Source: Patescibacteria group bacterium
Lineage (GTDB): Bacteria; Patescibacteriota; Minisyncoccia; Phycocordibacterales; Phycocordibacteraceae
NCBI GenBank assembly: GCA_019744845.1
Contig: JAIETW010000001.1
Location: forward strand, 482,859-546,858
Direction of reading: 5' to 3'
Length of the DNA: 64,000 nucleotides
Part shown: positions 8,610 to 16,412 of the stretch, one piece after another
Layout of the letters: the number at the start of each line of letters is the position of its first letter
Position numbering within the stretch: the first letter of the stretch is position 1
The notes under the pieces: model-generated
Database searches by the model: none
Told to the model about the DNA's origin: nothing
The model's input: only the letters and a program-made list of their open reading frames with translations
Program-made: the position numbers and the translations under genes

Positions 8610-10697
8610 CTAGTCCTCCTCCTCAATCTCCGGAAGCACCGCATTAAGCGCGCCGATCGGATACTCCCAGTGACTGTACTGTGCGTCTCGCCTTGAATTA
8701 CCACCTCCAAGTGGACTGTCTTTGTTTACCCAGTGGAGAATATCGTGCACACCGTCATCTCCTATATACATACCGCGAAGGGCAGGAGGTGCGTTCTCAG
8801 GAATACCACGGGGCTCACCAAAGAATTCCTTAGGACGCTTGGTAAGGGCGATGTCCATGAATGCGCGCCACATAGGAGCAACCACGTAGCCTGCAGTCTC
8901 GTGCACCATTGGAGTGTTGTCGTTATTTCCTGCCCATACACCCACTACGATTGAAGGGGTGTATCCCACGGTCCAGGTATCACGGTATTCGTTGGTGGTA
9001 CCGGTCTTAGCGGCCACATCAAAGCCAGGAATGTTGAATGGGTTGTTTGGCTGGTATGCAGGGAAGCGCGCTTCGTTACTAGAAAGCATTGAAGAGATAT
9101 CACGTGCCACGCCCGCATCAAGCACCTGCTCACCAAGGGGAGGAGTGTATTCCTCAAGCACCGTGCCTTTGTTGTCGGTGACCTTAAGCACAGAGACAGC
9201 AGGGACGCGCACGCCATTGTTCGCAAACACGCCGTACGCGCTCGTAAGCTCTAGAAGCTTCACCTCTCCCGCTCCAAGCGCAAGAGAGAGTCCGTATGAG
9301 CCCGCGCTTCCAAGTGTTGAAATACCCATCTGACTTGCGAGTGCGATCGTTTCGTTAATACCCGCAAGGTAGAGCACCTTTACGGCAGGAATGTTGATGG
9401 ACTGTGCGAGCGCAGAGGTGAAGGTCATTGGACCACGGAACTTGTTGTCGTAGTTTCCTGGGGCGTAGCATGGATAGACGGCATTGTAATTATCCGCAGG
9501 ACTGCAGGCAGTAGAGAACTGCGTCGGCATATCAAAGATGATGGTGCTTGGGGTGTAGCCCTTAAGAAGTGCTGCTGCGTACGCAAATGGCTTAAAGGAA
9601 GAACCTGGCTGACGATTCGCGATCGTGGCGTTGTAGCTACCATCAATCTCCTGGTTGAAGTAGTCACGAGATCCGACCATGGTGAGGATCTCTCCAGTCT
9701 TTGGATCTAGAGACACAAGCGCCGCATTGCTTGCGTTGAACCGTGTTTCGTTCTCAGTCGCATAGTCGTGCACAATCTTCTCTGCCTCGTGCTGGAGCTC
9801 TGCGTCAATGGTGGTGATGACCGAAAGGCCCTCTTCCACAACCGCAGGACCATATTTCTCCTCAAGATATTCACGCACGTAGAAGACAAAGTGTGGCGCG
9901 ATGATTGAAGAGTTTGGCTGCGCGCTAAAGGTGACGACTTCAGCAAGCGCGGCCTGGTACTCTTCCTCGTTCAAATACCCAACCTTCTTCATGCGCTCAA
10001 GCACCAGGTTCTTACGTGCCTCAAGTGCCTCACGATTGTTTCCGTATGGAGAGAAGCGGGTAGGGGACTGTGGAAGTGCGGCAAGGTACGCAGCTTCTCC
10101 AATCGTCAGGTCCTTAGAAGACTTTCCAAAGAAGGCACGACTTGCAGACTCGACACCGTAGAGGGTTCCTCCGAATGGTGCGTTATTCAAATAGAGCTCA
10201 AGGATTTCATCCTTGGTGAAGCGCTGCTCAAGCTTAAGCGCGAGCACCCACTCATGGACCTTACGAATCACGCTCTTCTCACCGGTAAGAAGCGTCATCT
10301 TCACCACCTGCTGCGTAATGGTGGACCCACCCTGACTAAATGAGCCGGTAGAAATGTTTGCCAATACGGCACGAAGGAATGAAATAGGGCGCACGCCAAT
10401 GTGGTTGTAGAACTGGTCGTCCTCAATCGCAATCACTGCCTCCTGCACGTTCTTAGACATGCTTTCAAGCGGCACGATGTTACGACGCACGTCGGTATTG
10501 AGGTCGTAGAGCACTGTCTCACCCGTACGGTCGTAGATCTTCGTAGACTGCTCTACCTTCCTATAGGAAAGGGAGTTTAAGTCTGGCACTGGGGTAAGTG
10601 CAATAAAGATGAGAAGGAGGCCTCCCATAAGAAGGCCGATGCCAAGTGCGACCGCAAAGCGCTCGGTAATAGGGTGCAGTTTCTTTCTGCGCTTCAT
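8610..10697 (-). CDS. Penicillin-binding protein 1A (bifunctional glycosyltransferase/transpeptidase)
   Basis: N-terminal TM anchor. GT51 motifs EDDQFYNHIG and GGSTITQQ. Transpeptidase motifs SSFKPF (SxxK), SxN and KTGTT. Confidence 0.9.
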   Translation of the reverse strand: MKRRKKLHPITERFAVALGIGLLMGGLLLIFIALTPVPDLNSLSYRKVEQSTKIYDRTGETVLYDLNTDVRRNIVPLESMSKNVQEAVIAIEDDQFYNHIGVRPISFLRAVLANISTGSFSQGGSTITQQVVKMTLLTGEKSVIRKVHEWVLALKLEQRFTKDEILELYLNNAPFGGTLYGVESASRAFFGKSSKDLTIGEAAYLAALPQSPTRFSPYGNNREALEARKNLVLERMKKVGYLNEEEYQAALAEVVTFSAQPNSSIIAPHFVFYVREYLEEKYGPAVVEEGLSVITTIDAELQHEAEKIVHDYATENETRFNASNAALVSLDPKTGEILTMVGSRDYFNQEIDGSYNATIANRQPGSSFKPFAYAAALLKGYTPSTIIFDMPTQFSTACSPADNYNAVYPCYAPGNYDNKFRGPMTFTSALAQSINIPAVKVLYLAGINETIALASQMGISTLGSAGSYGLSLALGAGEVKLLELTSAYGVFANNGVRVPAVSVLKVTDNKGTVLEEYTPPLGEQVLDAGVARDISSMLSSNEARFPAYQPNNPFNIPGFDVAAKTGTTNEYRDTWTVGYTPSIVVGVWAGNNDNTPMVHETAGYVVAPMWRAFMDIALTKRPKEFFGEPRGIPENAPPALRGMYIGDDGVHDILHWVNKDSPLGGGNSRRDAQYSHWEYPIGALNAVLPEIEEED

Positions 10698-10721
10698 GGG
10701 AAGAATGCTACCACGGAAACG

Positions 10722-10747
10722 AAAAAGCCCGCGCGGTGCGGGCTTTT
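10722..10747. terminator. Bidirectional rho-independent terminator
   Basis: A-run, GCCCGC-GCGGT-GCGGGC hairpin, then TTTT. Separates the ruvC operon from the PBP1A start. Confidence 0.6.
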
Positions 10748-10756
10748 ATGAGGTGA

Positions 10757-10900
10757 TTAGAAAGAATCTTCCTCGTCTTCCTCTACTACTGCAAGAGGGT
10801 CATCAAGATCCTCGTCGAGGTCGTCGTCTTCCAAGTCCTCGTCCGTGTCTTCATCAGGCACGTCAAGAACATCATCATCCTTCATTGCATCGTCGTCCAT
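10757..10900 (-). CDS. Small highly acidic peptide (47 aa, D/E-rich), hypothetical
   Basis: Minus-strand ATG..TAA ORF MDDDAMKDDDVLDVPDEDTDEDLEDDDLDEDLDDPLAVVEEDEEDSF. Lies between ruvC and the terminator. Low complexity, so it could be spurious. Confidence 0.3.
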   Translation of the reverse strand: MDDDAMKDDDVLDVPDEDTDEDLEDDDLDEDLDDPLAVVEEDEEDSF

Positions 10901-10989
10901 GCGTCTATAAATTAGTCTTCGTATGCCCCGCGCGGCGGAGTGCCTCTATTTGACCAGAACGTGCCCAACCCCGCAACAGGGGACAACGC

Positions 10990-11463
10990 CTACTGGGGAA
11001 AACGACCAGAGAGTGCAGTAATCCCAATTGCAATCGCGTCCAGCTCATCGTCTAAGCGCTTCTTTTCAGGAAGCTTTATAAGGAGGGGAATCATCCGGGC
11101 GATCGCTTTCTTGTCTGCGGCGCCATGGCCGGTCACCGCAAGCTTTATCGTGCCCGGCGCAAACTCTACGATAGGGAGAGAGGCTGCTCCAGCAACGGAG
11201 AGAATTGCCCCACGCGCTTCTGCGACCATGAGGGCAGACTTCTTATTCACACTGAAGAATAGTTTCTCAAGCGCGAGCACTTCAGGGGAATACTTCTCAA
11301 TTGATTCCTCAACCGCGGTGCGCACTGCCGCAAGGCGTGCCTCGTGCGCTCCTTTTGGCGGAGTTACACAATCACTCCACACGAGTATCGGCTTACTCGC
11401 CGTTCCTTCAAGAATGGCAATGCCCAGGCGATCGTACCCAGGATCAATCGCCAGTATTCTCAT
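10990..11463 (-). CDS. ruvC: Holliday junction resolvase RuvC
   Basis: MRILAIDPGYDRLGIAIL N-terminus with the catalytic Asp. RNase-H-like fold pattern. Start at 11463 overlaps the yebC 3' end by ~20 nt. Confidence 0.85.
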   Translation of the reverse strand: MRILAIDPGYDRLGIAILEGTASKPILVWSDCVTPPKGAHEARLAAVRTAVEESIEKYSPEVLALEKLFFSVNKKSALMVAEARGAILSVAGAASLPIVEFAPGTIKLAVTGHGAADKKAIARMIPLLIKLPEKKRLDDELDAIAIGITALSGRFPQ

Positions 11464-12001
11464 AGCCTTCACCGTTGGTGAACACCTCTTGTACGTCATC
11501 CTGCTCGTCTAGTAGTGAAAGGATCTCTCCGAGTTTCTCTTCGTCACCTTCAGCAACCGGCATCTTAGGGTCGTTCGCAATATAACGACCATCAGGAGTC
11601 TTCGTAAATGCCCATGCGGCGCTTCCTGGAGTCCCAAGTTCATACCCATTCTTTGAAAGAAGATGTTTGATCTCCTGTGTGGTGCGGTTCTTGCTGTCGG
11701 TGACAGCAACCGCAATGATGGCAATGCCACCAGGACCGTAAAACTCATACGCGACCTGTTCCAACTCACCACCATCCTTGCTTGCCCCCTTGGTAACGGC
11801 GCGATCAATGTTGTCTTTCGGCATATTGGCTGCCTTGGCGCGCGCAATGATTGCGGCGAGCGTCGGAGAAGAGACATTGCCGCCTACTTTCTTAGACTCA
11901 AGGGCGAGCTCACGCGCGAAGCGAGAGAATACACGGCTCCGTGCCGCATCCGTCACAGCCTTCGCGCGCTTTATCTGTGCCCATTTACTGTGTCCTGCCA
12001 T
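11444..12001 (-). CDS. yebC: YebC/PmpR-family probable transcriptional regulator (short form)
   Basis: MAGHSKWAQIKRAKAVTDAARSRVFSRFARELALESKKVGGN is the hallmark N-terminus of YebC. The ruvC-adjacent context is typical. Confidence 0.85.
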   Translation of the reverse strand: MAGHSKWAQIKRAKAVTDAARSRVFSRFARELALESKKVGGNVSSPTLAAIIARAKAANMPKDNIDRAVTKGASKDGGELEQVAYEFYGPGGIAIIAVAVTDSKNRTTQEIKHLLSKNGYELGTPGSAAWAFTKTPDGRYIANDPKMPVAEGDEEKLGEILSLLDEQDDVQEVFTNGEGYENTGD

Positions 12002-12049
12002 GATGCCTACTATAGCAAAACCTTTAGGTTCCTGTGCTACGCTTCGGGC

Positions 12050-12580
12050 ATGGTTAAAGGTACTCCCGAGTTTCCTGAAAGCGGCGGCAACACTTCAAAA
12101 GCTGACCTCAGTACGCTTGAAGGGTTTTCTCGACTTTCTCCCGCGCAGCAGGCAATGCTCCGTATGCTCCAGGGGCCACACGCAGAACAGGGTCTGGTGA
12201 ACTGCCACCTCGCCGTCTTTTATGTAGAACGCGGTGCGTCTGAAGCAGGAGACGAAGGACGACATAAAGAACTCCGGGACTTCCAGCTTCTCGGGTATGA
12301 GATTTCACAAGACCCTACATTGGACGCACTCACCAAACAGATCACGAAGACTGGATTCCCCTGCATCGTGGCGCCAAGTACGGTGTATGACGAAGCGCAG
12401 CCACCGGAACCCGTACACACCTTCATTGCATTCAAAAACAAACAGGGAGAGATCGTACTGTGGGAGAAGTCAGGATTTGATGGAGGATACCAAACGAGAA
12501 CACTTCCTGAAGTGTATGCGGCGTATCAAACAGGAACCGACCAGGTGTTCTGGCGCACGAGAAAACTTAAGACGCGTTAG
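12050..12580 (+). CDS. Hypothetical protein (176 aa)
   Basis: Only the 3' part of the long ORF 11663..12580 is non-overlapping; its 5' part is antisense to yebC. ATG at 12050 (MVKGTPEF...). No motif recognised. Confidence 0.35.
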   Translation: MVKGTPEFPESGGNTSKADLSTLEGFSRLSPAQQAMLRMLQGPHAEQGLVNCHLAVFYVERGASEAGDEGRHKELRDFQLLGYEISQDPTLDALTKQITKTGFPCIVAPSTVYDEAQPPEPVHTFIAFKNKQGEIVLWEKSGFDGGYQTRTLPEVYAAYQTGTDQVFWRTRKLKTR

Positions 12581-13565
12581 CGAGATACGCTTCTCCCTTA
12601 TCGGTGAGCATGCGTCCCCGAGGAGAGCGCTCAATGTAGCCAAGACGAAGCAGGTACGGTTCGTACACGTTCTCTAGCGTGTCGGGATCTTCATGGAGTG
12701 CAGAAGCAAGGGCACGGATACCTGCAGGTCCTCCTTTGAACCCAGTGGCAAGCGTCTCCAGGTAGCGCTTATCATCTTTGGTAAGCCCCAGCTCATCTAT
12801 GCCGAACATCTGGCAGGCGAGGTCACACACCTCAGGCGTAATGTCTTTCTCGTGTACTTCTGCGTAGTCACGGACGCGTTTTAAGAGTGCGTTTGCCACA
12901 CGAGGGGTGGCACGACTGCGGCTCGCAATCTTTTCTACCACCGCATCTGATGCAGAGAGGTTAAGCACACGAAGAGAGCGCTTAATGATGGAGCGTAGAT
13001 CTTCATCAGAGTAAAAATCTAGCTGATATACACCACCACCGAAGCGAGAGCGAAGCGGACCAGAGATATGGGAGACGCGAGTCGTTGCGCCGACGAGTGT
13101 GAAACGAGGAAGGGGAAGCTCTACGGTACGGGCAGACGGCCCCTTACCAAGCACGATATCAAGCGTCCCCGATTCAAGCGCAGGATACAAAAGTTCTTCC
13201 ACTTTGCTTCCAAGCTGATGAATTTCATCAATGAAAAGAATGGAACCCGGCTCAAGGTTGGTGAGAATGGCCGCAAGATCTCCTGCGCGTTCAATTGCGA
13301 CTCCTGAAGTGCTACGAATTGGTGCTTCAAGCGTGAGTGCAACCAAATGTGCGAGTGTGGTCTTTCCCACTCCCGGTGGACCATAGAACAAAAGATGCTC
13401 TGGCATGTCGCCACGTTTCTTTGCGGCATCAAGTACCACTTTTACGTTCGCTTTTACGTGTCCCTGACCCTCATATTCGTCCCAAATAGTGGGACGGAGC
13501 GCCGCATCAAGCGCTTGATCGCGTACGGGCTCTTCTTTAATGGGGTCTAGGGGGGTACTTGACAT
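12567..13565 (-). CDS. ruvB: Holliday junction branch migration ATPase RuvB
   Basis: Walker A GPPGVGKTTLA. Walker B ILFIDEIHQL. Sensor and arginine-finger pattern of the AAA+ RuvB family. Confidence 0.95.
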   Translation of the reverse strand: MSSTPLDPIKEEPVRDQALDAALRPTIWDEYEGQGHVKANVKVVLDAAKKRGDMPEHLLFYGPPGVGKTTLAHLVALTLEAPIRSTSGVAIERAGDLAAILTNLEPGSILFIDEIHQLGSKVEELLYPALESGTLDIVLGKGPSARTVELPLPRFTLVGATTRVSHISGPLRSRFGGGVYQLDFYSDEDLRSIIKRSLRVLNLSASDAVVEKIASRSRATPRVANALLKRVRDYAEVHEKDITPEVCDLACQMFGIDELGLTKDDKRYLETLATGFKGGPAGIRALASALHEDPDTLENVYEPYLLRLGYIERSPRGRMLTDKGEAYLANAS

Positions 13566-13639
13566 AGAAGGGAGGGTATGCTAGGATACCATTATACCTC
13601 AGTGAGTTTGAGGTCGGAACCTTCGGGTTCTTTTTCTTT

Positions 13640-13850
13640 GCAATTGAATCGTGCGCACCACCCTCTAGGCAAGGTCTGACGGCTTAGGGCGTCTCCCCAA
13701 GGATCTTCTGGTATCCACCTCGTTGTGGAAGTGCTGGTAGCCTCCTCAGGCGTTTCGTTCACTTTCTCTTTATTGAGAAGGAGTGCCTGGAGGGTAGTGC
13801 ACATGATTCTCCTTCTATACCCGGCTTCCCAAGCCGGGTATACTTTTTAT
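13640..13850 (+). ncRNA. Candidate structured RNA or cis-regulatory leader with intrinsic terminator
   Basis: Long-range complementarity GTGCGCACCACCCTCTAGG (13651-13669) with CCTGGAGGGTAGTGCAC (13786-13802) closes a ~115-nt domain. An 11-12 bp perfect hairpin TATACCCGGCTT-CCCA-AGCCGGGTATA plus CTTTTTAT follows (13816-13849), directly 5' of ATG 13851. A second plus-strand terminator GAACC-TTCG-GGTTC-TTTTTCTTT at 13617-13639 lies just upstream. Confidence 0.3.
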
Positions 13851-14267
13851 ATGAAGAGTATTGATGCGCCGGCATCTGTGGAGTCTCGTCCCGAAGGGCC
13901 ACTTAGAACCTCCTTAAAGCTTGGGCATCTTATAGATGATGCAGCCACAACGGTTGGGATTCCTCATGTAGAGGTTGGAATGACGAATGAGCGCGCTATT
14001 GAAACAGCTGTCGAGAAACTCGTGCAAGAAGGTGTGGTCCTCGACGTTTACCAAGCGCCACATCCGCAAAAAGGACGAGAGGGAAAGCGGTACGCCTTGT
14101 CTGCACAATCCATTGTTGCAGAACGGGTCATTGATAGATTTTTTGAGGCGAAGCACGCACCAGATTTACACAAGCGCCATGGGCCCATCATTGATCCGGA
14201 CGGAACACTGAAAACACGGTGGCTCGCGGAATTTACTGAGCTTGCAAAAACGGATCGTTACTCCTAG
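13851..14267 (+). CDS. Hypothetical protein (start uncertain)
   Basis: The ORF-track ORF 13725..14267 would translate through the perfect terminator palindrome, so its upstream part is rejected. First ATG after the hairpin is 13851. An alternative start MTNERAIET at ~13981 has a better SD (GAGGTTGG). Confidence 0.35.
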   Translation: MKSIDAPASVESRPEGPLRTSLKLGHLIDDAATTVGIPHVEVGMTNERAIETAVEKLVQEGVVLDVYQAPHPQKGREGKRYALSAQSIVAERVIDRFFEAKHAPDLHKRHGPIIDPDGTLKTRWLAEFTELAKTDRYS

Positions 14268-15928
14268 GTCGGAAGATCTACGACGCGACGAAGTTCTTCA
14301 ATCGTAGTCTTTCCTTCAAGTACTTTCAAAATGCCGTCCTGGGCAAGAGTGGGGAAGCCCTGACGAAGCACATGCTTTGCGATGTCGCCTTCAGACGGAT
14401 TGGTGCGAAGGAACTCGCCAAGCTCTTCATCCATGAAAATGGCCTCGTGTATTCCCATACGCCCTTTGTATCCGCTGCCACCTTCTTCGTCTGCTACTGC
14501 GTCATACACAGTGTCCATAGAGGCAGGAAGAAGAGAGCGATCGGTAAGAGTAGAGAGTACCTTCTCCATCATTTTCTTTTCTTCATCAGTTGCAGGACGT
14601 GCTTTCTTATTCGCATCAAGCGTACGTACCAAGCGCTGTGCCATAGACACTGTCACTGAAGACGCAAAGAGTTTTGGATCCACCTTCAAGTCCACAAGAC
14701 GAGGGAAGGTGCCTGCGGCATTGTTCGTGTGGAGCGTGGAGAATACAAAGTGTCCGGTAAGCGCGGCCTGAATGGCCGTCTCTGCCACCTCTGCATCGCG
14801 GATTTCTCCCACCATGATCACGTCCGGGTCCTGACGAAGTACAGAGCGAAGTCCTGAGGCGAAGGTGTAGTCCTTTCCCGTCTGTGTCTGCACAATGCCC
14901 TGGAGGTGGTATTCAATCGGATCTTCAATCGTCACGATCTTAATTTCTGGCGTATGTATTTCCTTCAAGAACGTGTACAAACTGGTGGTTTTACCAGACC
15001 CCGTCGGACCGGTGTTAAGAAGCATGCCGGTGGGGCGGCGAATTTCCGTTGCAAGACGAGACAAAAGTTTTGGGTGAATGCCAAGGTCGTTGAATGATTT
15101 ATTGATTGCACGCGGGTCAAGAATACGAAGCACGATAGACTCACCATAGTTTCCTGGGATCACTGAAGTACGAACCTCAATCTGGGACTCGTTCATTACC
15201 ACTGTGAAGCGACCGTCTTGTGCGCGGTTTACCACGTTCAACTTCAAACCAGAAAGAAGTTTAATACGAGAGTTAAGCAAGCGGTGCACGCGGTGCTCAA
15301 AGGAGAACGTGTCAGTCAACATACCGTCAAGACGAAGGCGGAAGCGCACGTCTGCTTCCTCAGGCTCTAGGTGGATGTCAGACGCCTTCATCACAAAGGC
15401 TGCTGCAAGCATCGCTTCAAACACTTTTGATACCTGGGAACCTTTTTTCTCCGCAAGCGTTTTGGTGAGATTGGCGCGGAGAGCGGCGAGGCTCGTGAGT
15501 TCTGCTGAAAGGGCCACCAGCTCATCACCTGAAATATCAAAGCTTCCGACCGCACTCTCGCTCGCAAAGGAAAGATCCGCATAACGCGCATAACCTTTGT
15601 TGAGGCTCTTCGTAGAGACGAGGAACTTGGTGAGAATGTAGCCCTGGGCTTCTAGGTCGGCGAGTACCGCGGGAAGGGACGGGTTACCAGGGTTATGCAT
15701 CGCGACTGACACTTGCTTGGCAACCTTGGAGAAGGCCACTACCTCTGCCTCGCGTGCGGTGTCCTCAGGGATAAGGCGGAGAGCGTCCACATCAATAGGT
15801 ACGACGCCGAGGTCGGTATACGTAAGTCCGTACTTGCTGGAGAGTACCTCGGCGAGGTCCTCTTCTTCTTTCTCACGGAGAAGCGCAAGCTTTGCGTCCT
15901 CTGCGCCTACGTCAAATTTATTGGCCAT
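14264..15928 (-). CDS. pilB: Type IV pilus assembly ATPase PilB / GspE-family secretion ATPase
   Basis: GspE N-domain. Walker A GPTGSGKTT. Asp box VGEIRD. His box GHFVFSTLHTNNAAGT. Confidence 0.9.
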   Translation of the reverse strand: MANKFDVGAEDAKLALLREKEEEDLAEVLSSKYGLTYTDLGVVPIDVDALRLIPEDTAREAEVVAFSKVAKQVSVAMHNPGNPSLPAVLADLEAQGYILTKFLVSTKSLNKGYARYADLSFASESAVGSFDISGDELVALSAELTSLAALRANLTKTLAEKKGSQVSKVFEAMLAAAFVMKASDIHLEPEEADVRFRLRLDGMLTDTFSFEHRVHRLLNSRIKLLSGLKLNVVNRAQDGRFTVVMNESQIEVRTSVIPGNYGESIVLRILDPRAINKSFNDLGIHPKLLSRLATEIRRPTGMLLNTGPTGSGKTTSLYTFLKEIHTPEIKIVTIEDPIEYHLQGIVQTQTGKDYTFASGLRSVLRQDPDVIMVGEIRDAEVAETAIQAALTGHFVFSTLHTNNAAGTFPRLVDLKVDPKLFASSVTVSMAQRLVRTLDANKKARPATDEEKKMMEKVLSTLTDRSLLPASMDTVYDAVADEEGGSGYKGRMGIHEAIFMDEELGEFLRTNPSEGDIAKHVLRQGFPTLAQDGILKVLEGKTTIEELRRVVDLPT

Positions 15929-15974
15929 GACTCCTTATAGTATCGCGCGGGAGCGTTGTTGGTACAATGGGGAG

Positions 15975-16412
15975 ATGCAGAACGTTGTGGCAACCATTCC
16001 CGATCTAGAACGCGAGGCAGAGGCATTTATGGCACGCCTTGCTCCTGAAGCGAATCGCGCAACCCTCATAACCCTCTCAGGAGAGCTCGGGGCAGGGAAA
16101 ACCTCTTTCACCAAAGCACTCGCCAAGGCCTATGGCGTGAGTGAGAGCGTGACGAGCCCCACTTTTGTCCTAGAAAAGGTCTACGCACTTCCTGCTGCGA
16201 CCGGCTTTGCACACCTGATCCACATTGATGCATACCGTTTAAAGAATGGTGAGGAACTCAAGGTGCTTGGATGGGTAGAGATTATGAAAGAAAAAGGAAA
16301 CTTGATTTTGCTTGAGTGGCCGGAGAATGTGAAAGATGCGCTCCCGGCCCCTTCAGTCGCGATTCGTCTTGAACCACACGCAGACGGAAGCCGTACCATC
16401 ACCTATGCCTAA
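15975..16412 (+). CDS. tsaE: tRNA threonylcarbamoyladenosine biosynthesis protein TsaE (YjeE)
   Basis: P-loop GELGAGKTSF and an SPTF motif. ~145 aa. The upstream part of ORF 15717..16412 overlaps pilB and is rejected. Confidence 0.8.
   Translation: MQNVVATIPDLEREAEAFMARLAPEANRATLITLSGELGAGKTSFTKALAKAYGVSESVTSPTFVLEKVYALPAATGFAHLIHIDAYRLKNGEELKVLGWVEIMKEKGNLILLEWPENVKDALPAPSVAIRLEPHADGSRTITYA

Noticed and set aside
11663-12049. 5' two-thirds of the 305-aa plus-strand ORF 11663..12580
   Set aside because: It lies antisense to the well-supported yebC gene, which has the canonical MAGHSKWAQIKRAK N-terminus. Only the part downstream of ATG 12050 is non-overlapping, so it is retained as a hypothetical gene.
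13725-13850. N-terminal part of ORF 13725..14267
   Set aside because: It would translate through a perfect 11-12-bp palindrome with a T-run (an intrinsic terminator) and a second terminator-flanked structured region. It is treated as non-coding leader or ncRNA instead.
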